64,000 nucleotides of DNA from an uncultured Verrucomicrobiae bacterium (GTDB taxonomy: Bacteria > Verrucomicrobiota > Verrucomicrobiia > Palsa-1439): positions 585 through 64,584 of the forward strand of contig CAVQMY010000045.1 in the NCBI GenBank assembly GCA_963713705.1, read 5' to 3'. This document shows, piece after piece, positions 32,118 to 40,191 of the stretch. Positions within the stretch are counted from its first letter, which is position 1, and every line of letters begins with the position of its first letter. Under the pieces are notes generated by a model that saw nothing but the letters and a program-made list of their open reading frames with translations, did no database searches and had not been told where the DNA came from. The translations under genes were made by a program, and so were the position numbers.

Positions 32118-33929
32118 TCATTGGATTTTGCCGACGAGTGAAAAACACTGGGCGGTGGGACAGGGAGCATTCATGATGTTTATGACACTGATCTCGGAGC
32201 AGTCCCACGCCATTCCAGTGTTGGTGGCGTTCCCGTTCGGATCAGTGGCGGTATCAGGATCGGCGAATTTGATAAGGCACGCTCCACTGGCGCTGTAGCT
32301 GTACACACCGCCATTGGTGACCGGGCCAACGGCGATGCCCGCGTAGTTGGTGGCCAACACAGTCACATTCGAACTGTTGAATGTCGCATTGTACGACCCT
32401 CCCGCAGCGTTAAAGTTATCCGTATTGAAGTACAGATACAGGGTGCCGTTGCATTGGGCCGTAACAACGCTGCTTCCCCCGCCGGTTCCCAACTGGACGG
32501 TGCGCTGGCAACGGGTGCAGAACTGCAGCGGGCCTGCGGGGGTGTACTGGCTGATTTGGTTCGTCGCTCCCCCGTTGGTCACGTTGCCGATGGAGCCGTA
32601 GGAATTGTCGCCCCAGCCCCAATACTGGTTCGTGCCTTGATTGACCGTCATCGCCATGGCGTGCACGCCTCCAAAATAGGCATTCGTAGTGAAGACATTG
32701 CCTAAACCATCATCGGATCGGGGGGCGCTGACCCAGACGACGTTGGTGATGCCGGCCACCAACATCGGGTGGTTGGCGGAAGCGACCGCGCTGGTGTTGG
32801 TGCCCAGTTCCCCAAATGTGTTGTCCCCCCATGCGTAGACCTGGCCGTTGCTGGTCACGGCCAGCGTGAACCCGACGCCACCAGCGATCGCCACGACGTT
32901 GGACAGATTGGCCACCACTGTCGGCGCCGGGTCGTAGCCGCCAGTGGTACCATTCCCGAGTTCTCCAAGCCCGTTATCGCCCCAGGTCCACACCCGCTTG
33001 TCCGCGGTCAGGGCGATGGAGTGACCACCCCCGCCTACGCCCGCGTAGTTGTCGCCAGCCGCAATCGCAATCACGCTGGAGATGCCGGCGACCAGCGTAG
33101 GAAGATTCGTGGATGCATCTCGACCCGGCGTTGGAGTTGCACCGATCTCACCAACCTCGTTTCCGCCCCAGCCCCAGACGAAACCATTTGTATCCACAGC
33201 CAGGCTAAAACCGTTCCCAGCCGCTATGGCGACGATGAAAGTGCCTGTCGGAATCCGTGACTGAACCGGAGAATTGGTCGAAAGCGCGCCACCAAGATAC
33301 CCGGCCCCCAATTGCCCATTTCCAGTGCCGTCGGTGCCGTTCTGGTTGCTGCCCCAAGCCCAGACCGACCCGTTAGCGCACAACGCCAGCGTGTGCTGGT
33401 ACCCGGCGGCGACACTGACCACGTTAGTAAAGCCAAGGGGACCGCTGACCGGGAAAGGCACAGGGTACATTGAGCCAGAATAGGCCTGTTCGGACTCATT
33501 TCCGAGTTGTCCTTGGTCGTTTTCGCCGAATGTCCACACCGTCCCCGTGGCATCAACCACCACCGTATAGTCGTCCCCACCAGCGGCGACCACTGCCGCG
33601 TTGGTGATGGTTTGAACTCCACATGACGTGGCGTTCGCCACGTCGCTCGGGTACGGTAGATACGGCTCCACGTAGCTACCGTCTGCCCGCTGCATGTTAC
33701 TGTCCAAACCGTCACCCAAATCTCCGTCACTGTCGCCCCAAGCCCAAAGAGTACCATCCTGTCTCAATGCCACGCTGCTTTCTCCTCCTGCGGCAATCGG
33801 GCTGCCGAGCAGGCGCTGGACGCGATAAAATCGTTGTGTGACGGTGCTCCCATCGTTGTTGGTGGTGGCGGTGTCCGTCCACGAGGTTACACTGGCATTG
33901 GTAGCGCCCCAAACGTAGGCTTTGGGCAT
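32118..33929 (-). CDS. RCC1-repeat (seven-bladed beta-propeller) protein
   Basis: 603 aa. More than six repeats of the …G.V.AWG.N..GQLG… type (WGWGGNEVGEIG, WTWGDNGLGELGNG, YAWGDNTFGELGTN). No signal peptide in frame. Confidence 0.75.
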   Translation of the reverse strand: MPKAYVWGATNASVTSWTDTATTNNDGSTVTQRFYRVQRLLGSPIAAGGESSVALRQDGTLWAWGDSDGDLGDGLDSNMQRADGSYVEPYLPYPSDVANATSCGVQTITNAAVVAAGGDDYTVVVDATGTVWTFGENDQGQLGNESEQAYSGSMYPVPFPVSGPLGFTNVVSVAAGYQHTLALCANGSVWAWGSNQNGTDGTGNGQLGAGYLGGALSTNSPVQSRIPTGTFIVAIAAGNGFSLAVDTNGFVWGWGGNEVGEIGATPTPGRDASTNLPTLVAGISSVIAIAAGDNYAGVGGGGHSIALTADKRVWTWGDNGLGELGNGTTGGYDPAPTVVANLSNVVAIAGGVGFTLAVTSNGQVYAWGDNTFGELGTNTSAVASANHPMLVAGITNVVWVSAPRSDDGLGNVFTTNAYFGGVHAMAMTVNQGTNQYWGWGDNSYGSIGNVTNGGATNQISQYTPAGPLQFCTRCQRTVQLGTGGGSSVVTAQCNGTLYLYFNTDNFNAAGGSYNATFNSSNVTVLATNYAGIAVGPVTNGGVYSYSASGACLIKFADPDTATDPNGNATNTGMAWDCSEISVINIMNAPCPTAQCFSLVGKIQ

Positions 33930-34032
33930 CCACTGGGTGTTGGTGCTGAGCGAGTTGGCGGAGAAGACCAGATAGCGGAAGAACGGTGATTATATACTTG
34001 CTTTAAGTTGTTACCCATGGTAGGTTCCTTGC

Positions 34033-34419
34033 ATGAAAACACCCGTTGAGTTCCCTGAGACTTTGAAGGATGCGATTGGCTATTTCTCTGACGCTGATCG
34101 CTGCGTTGAATTTATGAAGGCCGTGCAATGGCCTGACGGCAAGGTGATATGCCCTCACTGCAAGGCGGAGAGCGTGTCCTACATGCCCAAGGTGCGGCGA
34201 TGGTACTGCCGTGGGTGTGACGGTCAATTCTCGGTCAAGGCTGGCACGATATTCGAGGAGTCGCCCCTTGGGTTTGACAAGTGGTTGCCTGCCGTGTGGA
34301 TGATACTCAACGCCAAGAATGGGATTAGCTCGTGTGAGTTGTCCCGCGCTCTTGGTGTCACGCAAAAGACCGCGTGGTTCATGCTGCACCGGATACGTGA
34401 AGCTGATCGGGCAGGGTGA
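34033..34419 (+). pseudogene. IS1595-family (ISXO2-like) transposase, N-terminal fragment only
   Basis: 128 aa: zinc-ribbon plus …KWLPAVWMILNAKNGISSCELSRALGVTQKTAWFMLHRIREA…, the ISXO2-like N-terminal domain. The catalytic DDE part is absent. Confidence 0.65.
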
Positions 34420-34639
34420 CACGAGGCCAGAGCTTCCGACGCCAAGGCCGTGGGAAACGCAAGAAACGAAAAAGCGAGCAATGAGGCGGAAGCCGTTCGG
34501 TGGGTTGGGTTGGAATCCATTACCGGCATGAGGCACTATGGCCTTCATAGAAAAAGCCAAAGAAGTTCTGACAGAAAAAGCGTTGTCACTATGGACAGGA
34601 GTAGTAGCAGCACTGCTGCTATTCGTAGGAAAAGTGATT

Positions 34640-34730
34640 CTAGTGTGGTGTCACTGAAATGCCTTTCCAATGTCCATCTGGTCAAAATGAAGCGATTCAT
34701 TGTAACGAAGCGTTAGGGACAGCACACTAG
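34640..34730. repeat. 91-bp element, right copy (exact reverse complement of 31203-31293)
   Basis: 100% identical inverted copy. It supplies the last 5 codons (LVCCP) and the stop of the 34713..35246 gene. Confidence 0.8.
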
Positions 34731-35246
34731 ACGCAGCGCTTCCCACGCTCTCTTCCCCAACGTTCCAGAAATTATTGCTCCCCCTATTAGGAATATCCAT
34801 TCTAGCCAATGTGGGACTGATCGCATCTGTTTGGCTTTTGAGCCGTCGCCCGAAATTGTTTCCCCGTTTTGGTATCCTGTGGGACTCAAAACATCAAGCC
34901 CACTGTCCGGGATGCGATAGGCCGTTATCAAATTATTCACAGCGGTCGTATGGCGGTACATGGGGCTGGTGGTGCCATCACTGTAAACAGGAAGCGTTTC
35001 TTCGAGATGATAAAGGAAATCGCCTAACTCTTGATGAAGCTCGAAAGCAACTGTAGGCAGTGCTGATAGCCCCACTGCGAGAACCAAAACGAAGCCGATA
35101 TTGACAAAACCTTTCGCCTTTCGTTCTCTCGCCCGCTTGCGGGCCTCCTTGTCCTCACGTTCGCGGCGCAATACCTCGGTTTTCGGAACCGAAACTATCT
35201 TCCGTATCCCGGCCAAGAATTTCTCTCTCTCCGAATGTTCGTTCAT
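34713..35246 (-). CDS. Small membrane protein (two predicted TM helices), downstream partner of the HEPN-motif gene
   Basis: 177 aa. Charged N-terminus (REREDKEARKRARERKAK), then TM1 (GFVNIGFVLVLAVGLSALPTV), a soluble middle and TM2 (WIFLIGGAIISGTL). Its start overlaps the stop of the upstream gene (ATGA), which suggests translational coupling. Confidence 0.5.
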   Translation of the reverse strand: MNEHSEREKFLAGIRKIVSVPKTEVLRREREDKEARKRARERKAKGFVNIGFVLVLAVGLSALPTVAFELHQELGDFLYHLEETLPVYSDGTTSPMYRHTTAVNNLITAYRIPDSGLDVLSPTGYQNGETISGDGSKAKQMRSVPHWLEWIFLIGGAIISGTLGKRAWEALRLVCCP

Positions 35247-36205
35247 TTCTTAGGCTCCATTACACGATTGGACAGCGACACCATGAATTTCTTAACCGAA
35301 TTGAAAACCACATCGGCCTCATCCGCACCATAACTTCGCCGAGAATGCATGATCTCGTTTCGGTCTACGTTTTTGAACTTCTGCAAGTCGTCTAGGAGAC
35401 CATGATAAAATCGAAAGTTCTCTGTTCGGCAAGGTCCCTTCTTCGCATTTTCCAAGGAGACGATTTTCTTTTTCAATTCCTTCAGCACTTCGTCCCACAT
35501 CGCATATTCAACCGGAGTTGTAACAGGTTTTCCCGCGTCGCTGATCACACGCTTGCAATGCGGGCATTTCTGCTCTCTTTTCTGCTTTGTGATTTTCACT
35601 TTGAGATGCTTCGCCAAGGCCCGCATTCCAAATTCGGCAACACGCATCAAATGAAAGACCGCAGCGGTGGGAAGATCGGCGGCAAGGCAGTTCCCCGCAT
35701 TCTCGATGTCGTCTCGGGCGGATTTGAAGTTCTCGTAAACCGATTCTCCGAAAAGCCTGTTGTTCTCGAAATACGCATGTTGTGATTCGGGGATGTAAAC
35801 AAATTTGCGGGCTTCCATTTCGTTGTAAATAGCAATTCGCGCGCGCTCCAGAAACGACTTGATGGTTTCGTTGCTCTTTGGCTTGTATCCGGTTGCGGGG
35901 TCTTTCAGGGGCCAGCTTAGATCAATTACCAGCCTTTCTAGCTGGTCTCTTCCATCCGTGTTGCCCATGAACGCCAAGGCGTTATTCAGGGCACGAAGGG
36001 AAATCTCGATCTCCGAGGCATCTTCCTTGCAAATCTCTTCTGAGCCGGGCTTTTGATTTAGAATGCGAATCCAACGGGATAGATCGTCCATGCCCTGCAC
36101 AACATGATGTGCCCAAAATCGAATCATGGACAATAAGCTTAACAATCGGCCCGGACACAGTACAGGCTCTTGGATGGTGGCTTCAGTTTGATCAGTGACG
36201 CGCAT
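35243..36205 (-). CDS. HEPN-motif (Rx4HxR) protein, putative RNase of an Abi/toxin-like module
   Basis: 320 aa. The C-terminal region …FKNVDRNEIMHSRRSYG… matches the HEPN Rx4-6H consensus with a trailing R. There is a mid-protein CPHCKR Zn-knuckle-like motif. The ISAs1 copy sits 68 bp upstream. Confidence 0.45.
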   Translation of the reverse strand: MRVTDQTEATIQEPVLCPGRLLSLLSMIRFWAHHVVQGMDDLSRWIRILNQKPGSEEICKEDASEIEISLRALNNALAFMGNTDGRDQLERLVIDLSWPLKDPATGYKPKSNETIKSFLERARIAIYNEMEARKFVYIPESQHAYFENNRLFGESVYENFKSARDDIENAGNCLAADLPTAAVFHLMRVAEFGMRALAKHLKVKITKQKREQKCPHCKRVISDAGKPVTTPVEYAMWDEVLKELKKKIVSLENAKKGPCRTENFRFYHGLLDDLQKFKNVDRNEIMHSRRSYGADEADVVFNSVKKFMVSLSNRVMEPKK

Positions 36206-36272
36206 TCATCGCATGCACACCAAAAGCAAGATGTTCCTCGCGTCATTTGCTTCATTGCAGGACTCTAATCCG

Positions 36273-37541
36273 CAGGGCGATTGCATTTTGATTCTTAAGG
36301 GGGGTGCGAAAGGAATTCTTTGTAAGTGGGCCGGTGGAGCCGGTTTGCGACGACAAGTTTTTGCTTCCGGTTTCCGGGGATTTGTGGTGGAAGATGGGGA
36401 TGCAAAACCAACGATCCTCGTTCCGCAATTTGAAAGACCACTTCGCTCCACTACCCGACCCGCGCGTCGGCCCGGCCAAGCGCCACGAGTTGCTGGATAT
36501 CCTGATGATCGCCGTCTGCGCCATGCTCTGCGGTGCGGAGGGCTTCACCGAAATCGCCCAGTGCGGTCGGTGCAAGGCCGAGTGGTTCAAAAGCTGGCTG
36601 GCGTTGCCGCACGGCATTCCCTCGCACGACACCTTCAACCGCGTGTTCGGGCTCATTGATCCGGCGAAGTTTCGGGACTGTTTCCTGGCGTGGACGCAAA
36701 GCCTGCGCCAGGTCGTCGTCGGCGAATTGGTGGCGTTGGATGGCAAGACGCTGCGGCACAGTCGGGCGCGCGGGCACGGGCCGATCCACCTGGTCAACGT
36801 CTGGGCGGCCCGGAATCGCTTGGTGCTGGGGCAACTGAAGGTAGACGACCACAGCAACGAGATCACCGCACTGCCCCCGCTGCTCCGGGCGCTGGAATTG
36901 GCCGGCTGTGTGGTGACGGTGGACGCGATGGGCTGCCAAAAGACCGTGGCCAAAGAGATTCACGAGGCCGATGCCGACTACGTGCTGGCACTGAAAGGCA
37001 ATCAGGGCACGCTGCACGCCGAAGTCCAAGCGTTTCTGGACGACGCCCACGCGCGCGGTTTTGCTGGCCTCGCCCATCAATTCACCCAGACCCTGGAGAA
37101 GGATCACGGGCGCATCGAGACCCGTCGCTATTGGATTACCGAAGCGATCGCTTGGCTGGCCGACAGGCCCCAGTGGGAAGCCTTACGCAGCGTCGGGATG
37201 GTCGAAGCAGTGCGGGAGGTGCAGGGGAAATCGACGACGCAGCGGCGCTACTATCTCAGCAGCCTGCCGGCGCAGGTCGAGCGGTTTGCGGCGGCGGTGC
37301 GCGGCCACTGGGAGATCGAGAATTGCCTGCACTGGGTGCTGGACGTGCAGATGGGCGAAGACCGCTGCGCCGTGCGCCAGCAGAACGCGGCGCAGAACCT
37401 GGCCACGCTGCGGGCCTTATGCCTGAACCAACTGCGCCGCGACCAGCGAGTCAAACTCGGCATCCGCGCCAAACAAAAGGCCGCCGGCTGGGACCACCAG
37501 TACCTCGCCTCCCTGCTCAACTTCTAAATGCAATCGCCCTG
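36273..37541 (+). mobile_element. ISAs1-family insertion sequence, copy 2 (1269 bp)
   Basis: Same inverted repeats CAGGGCGATTGCATTT. A 10-bp direct repeat CTCTAATCCG flanks it at 36263-36272 and 37542-37551. It differs from copy 1 at only a few positions. Confidence 0.85.
36304..37527 (+). CDS. ISAs1-family DDE transposase (copy 2)
   Basis: 407 aa, ~99% identical to 21997..23220 (differences include P->L and G->S). Confidence 0.85.
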   Translation: MRKEFFVSGPVEPVCDDKFLLPVSGDLWWKMGMQNQRSSFRNLKDHFAPLPDPRVGPAKRHELLDILMIAVCAMLCGAEGFTEIAQCGRCKAEWFKSWLALPHGIPSHDTFNRVFGLIDPAKFRDCFLAWTQSLRQVVVGELVALDGKTLRHSRARGHGPIHLVNVWAARNRLVLGQLKVDDHSNEITALPPLLRALELAGCVVTVDAMGCQKTVAKEIHEADADYVLALKGNQGTLHAEVQAFLDDAHARGFAGLAHQFTQTLEKDHGRIETRRYWITEAIAWLADRPQWEALRSVGMVEAVREVQGKSTTQRRYYLSSLPAQVERFAAAVRGHWEIENCLHWVLDVQMGEDRCAVRQQNAAQNLATLRALCLNQLRRDQRVKLGIRAKQKAAGWDHQYLASLLNF

Positions 37542-38394
37542 CTCTAATCCGGCTCGCAACTTTACGCAAGTATATAATCCCCGGAAGAACTGGCAGGACT
37601 GCCAGGTGATCGTGGTAGACCCGCTCGCGTTCCGTACGAACGTTTGTCACGTAGAACGCCTGAAGCAGGTTTGTCAGGGTACAGGGATCGCTTCCACCGC
37701 CACCGTCATCATCCATAGCCATAAACCCGCGACTCATGCTGGCGGCGCTGGCGGTTGCCGCTTCTGCCGCCGCACATTGGGCCTCAAGATTATTCCAGTA
37801 GGTATCCCGAGAGCCAACGTCCATCAGCCACGCATGCGTGATCACCTGCGGCACGGAGAATTGCGTATAGCCTTCCTCCACCAGCGTCTCCCAATTCGTA
37901 TAGTTGATTCCGAAGAGAACGCACGAAGGATACAGGTTGGCTTCGTAGACCTGCCACGAGGGAAACCAGTCTGGCACGGTGAATTCGGTCAGGGTTTCAT
38001 CCGACCACGGCTGCAACACCGTCACGGTATTCGACTGCGGCCAGAGCGTGACCCAAAGGGGCCAAGCGTTCACGCTCTCCAGGGAGGTCGGAGCGGAATT
38101 CGTGATCCCGGCCAGTCCCGTTGGCAGATTGGCTGTATTCGCCCACACGATGGTCATCGGCTGGAACTGCACCGGGAAGAACGTCCCGGGCGCCCAGACC
38201 CACGAGCCAATCGGGTAGTTGTAGCCCTCCAGATACAGACCGACAAGGTCGGTGGTATTGGTCAACAGCAATTCCGACTCAGGTTGAGCCGAGGGATTCT
38301 CTTCCAATTGCGGAATGTCCGCCCGCACAGCAGTTAACGGGCACAGCAAGGCGGTAAGTGCTAGGCAAACGACCGGCGATGTCCGCTTCTCCAT
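37417..38394 (-). CDS. Secreted hypothetical protein whose 3' end was altered by the ISAs1 insertion
   Basis: Signal peptide MEKRTSPVVCLALTALLCPLTAVRA. The frame runs into the IS at 37541. With the IS and one direct-repeat copy removed, the protein would end …ASRIRVLQ* three codons later. Confidence 0.55.
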   Translation of the reverse strand: MEKRTSPVVCLALTALLCPLTAVRADIPQLEENPSAQPESELLLTNTTDLVGLYLEGYNYPIGSWVWAPGTFFPVQFQPMTIVWANTANLPTGLAGITNSAPTSLESVNAWPLWVTLWPQSNTVTVLQPWSDETLTEFTVPDWFPSWQVYEANLYPSCVLFGINYTNWETLVEEGYTQFSVPQVITHAWLMDVGSRDTYWNNLEAQCAAAEAATASAASMSRGFMAMDDDGGGGSDPCTLTNLLQAFYVTNVRTERERVYHDHLAVLPVLPGIIYLRKVASRIRAGRLHLEVEQGGEVLVVPAGGLLFGADAEFDSLVAAQLVQA

Positions 38395-38531
38395 ACCCTC
38401 TCCACAGCCCTTCCACAGCGACCATCGCCAGCGTACGGTGGCAGATTGTGCGGTGAACGCGAAATGAAGTCAAGCGCAAACACGAGTGAAATACAAGGAT
38501 TACCCTTGTGGAATGACCCGGCGTTTCTTGG

Positions 38532-38768
38532 TTGTGTATCAGTCGCGTGCGGTCAATTCCAAAACAATACAAGGTCATCGGCGAAACCATCCGCAAGCGT
38601 CGGAGGAAGGCCCGTCTCACCCAGGAAAAACTCGCCGAACTCGCCGATCTGCACCCGAATTATCTCGGCGAGATCGAACGCGCGGAGACAATGATCTCCC
38701 TTTGGGCGTTGATACGCATTGCCGCAGCGCTGAAAATTCGTGTCCGCGATCTCGTGGCGGACATTTAG
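38532..38768 (+). CDS. XRE-family (Cro/C1-type HTH) transcriptional regulator
   Basis: …IGETIRKRRRKARLTQEKLAELADLHPNYLGEIERAETMISLWALIRIAAALKIRVRDL…, an HTH_3 pattern. The exact start is uncertain. Confidence 0.65.
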   Translation: MCISRVRSIPKQYKVIGETIRKRRRKARLTQEKLAELADLHPNYLGEIERAETMISLWALIRIAAALKIRVRDLVADI

Positions 38769-39323
38769 CCCCCCGATTGCTGCGTCTGCTGTTCCGGTCT
38801 TCCCAACCGTGAAACCACTTCCACACTGGCCTGACTCTGCGTGGTTGTCCCTGACAACTGTGCCCAAGAGATCTCGTATTCTTGTTCGCGCGGCGGGATC
38901 TGAGATTGAATATCAACGATCTTCGCGTCCGGCAAAGTCAGTGCCTCCCTGCTCCTGGGTAACTCGTTGCTGGTACGAATCGACCCCGGCTTGAAGCTGC
39001 GACCGCGCGGGTTGCCTGATTGCGCGCCGTCGGGCGGTTGGACCAAAACCGAGAGCGGTTCTTTGGTGACCGCGGATCGGAATTTTGTCCCCAAGAATGG
39101 GCAGCGGCAACACGGTCTTGACCACGCCCATGGTGAGTTATAGCAGCCAATAGGGGATACTGGCGCTACGGGCTTGTGTCAGTTTTCCGCGCTGCCGCTG
39201 CAAATATCATCGGCCAACTGGAAATGGCTTCCGGGACCAGCGTACGGTAGTTCGGAAATCAGTTAAGAACCCATCCCAAAACCCCTCTGGCAATGATATA
39301 ATGGGGATGCCAAGGAGGCATCT

Positions 39324-39785
39324 ATGGGGAAAAGCAGATCGCACGAGCGTTGGCTCGTGTCTGACCAATTGTGGAGTAAGGTCGAGCCACTCCTGCCCAA
39401 GCCGCGGCGACACGCGCGGGGGCGTGGCGGGCGACCGCGGGTCGCCGACCGCCACGCGATGAACGGAATTCTGTTCGTGTTGCGCACTGGTTGCCAGTGG
39501 AACGCGCTTAACGCGACGGGCATCTGCAGCAGTTCCACCGCCCATCGGCGTTTTCAACAATGGGTGCGCGCCGGGGTGTTTGCGAAACTTTGGGAACAGG
39601 GGTTGACGGAATACGACGAACTCAAAGGCATTGACTGGCGCTGGCAGGCGATGGATGGAGCGATGAGCAAAGCTCCGTTGGGCGGGGAAAAAAATCGGCC
39701 CCAACCCCACGGATCGAGCCAAGGACGGGGTGAAGCGCAGCTTGTTGACGGAGGGTCAAGGCGTGCCGATCGGACTGGCCATTGA
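39324..39785 (+). CDS. IS5-family transposase OrfA (DUF4096-type N-terminal part)
   Basis: 153 aa (…LFVLRTGCQWNALNATGICSSSTAHRRFQQWVRAGVF…). It ends just after the A7 slippery run at ~39697. Confidence 0.75.
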   Translation: MGKSRSHERWLVSDQLWSKVEPLLPKPRRHARGRGGRPRVADRHAMNGILFVLRTGCQWNALNATGICSSSTAHRRFQQWVRAGVFAKLWEQGLTEYDELKGIDWRWQAMDGAMSKAPLGGEKNRPQPHGSSQGRGEAQLVDGGSRRADRTGH

Positions 39786-40158
39786 CGGGGCCAACCGCAA
39801 CGACTTCAAGCTGGTGAGAGAAACGCTGGAAAGCATTCCGGTGGAGCGACCAGGCGTTGGGAGCGGCCAGTCGCAAGGATTGTGTCTGGACAAAGGATAC
39901 GATTACGACGAAGTACGGGAACTGGCGCAGGAGTTTGGCTACACGGTTCACATCCGCAGTCGCGGTGAGGAAGCCCAGGCGCTCAAACGCAACGCTCGAT
40001 TCAAAGCGCGCCGTTGGGTGGTCGAGCGGACCCACAGTTGGCTGAATCGGTTTCGCCGCATTCTGATTCGGTGGGAGAAGAAAGCGGACAATTACTTGGG
40101 GCTACTTCACTTTGCTTGCGCGATCATCACCTATCGCCGCGCCGAGGTTCTGGGATAG
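39730..40158 (+). CDS. IS5-family transposase OrfB (DDE C-terminal part)
   Basis: …LLTEGQGVPIGLAIDGANRNDFKLV…DKGYDYDEVRELAQEFGYTVHI…WVVERTHSWLNRFRRL…. The +1 frame is continuous with OrfA across GGGGAAAAAAATCGG. Confidence 0.75.
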   Translation: MKRSLLTEGQGVPIGLAIDGANRNDFKLVRETLESIPVERPGVGSGQSQGLCLDKGYDYDEVRELAQEFGYTVHIRSRGEEAQALKRNARFKARRWVVERTHSWLNRFRRILIRWEKKADNYLGLLHFACAIITYRRAEVLG

Positions 40159-40191
40159 GCACTAAGTAAGGAGTGTGTAAAATTTTGCGCG

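Larger units (their letters stand above)
39264..40166 (+). mobile_element. IS5-family (IS1031/IS427-group) insertion sequence, copy A
   Basis: Imperfect terminal inverted repeats GAACCCATCCCAAAACC / GGTTCTGGGATAGGCAC. Flanking TAA duplication. orfA/orfB arrangement. Approximately 99% identical to the 52244-53146 copy in inverted orientation. Confidence 0.75.

Noticed and set aside
32118-32208. Fusion of the RCC1-repeat ORF and the PEP-CTERM ORF into one frameshifted gene
   Set aside because: The PEP-CTERM protein has its own Met plus signal peptide (MKSRLFLQSLICFTLLALSTA) at 31992. The upstream part of its ORF shows no protein-like sequence, so two separate genes is more parsimonious.
38765-39260. 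Small ORFs (109 aa at 38765..39094 on the minus strand, and others) between the XRE regulator and the IS5 copy
   Set aside because: No motifs, overlapping frames and biased composition. The stretch is left as intergenic or possibly regulatory.
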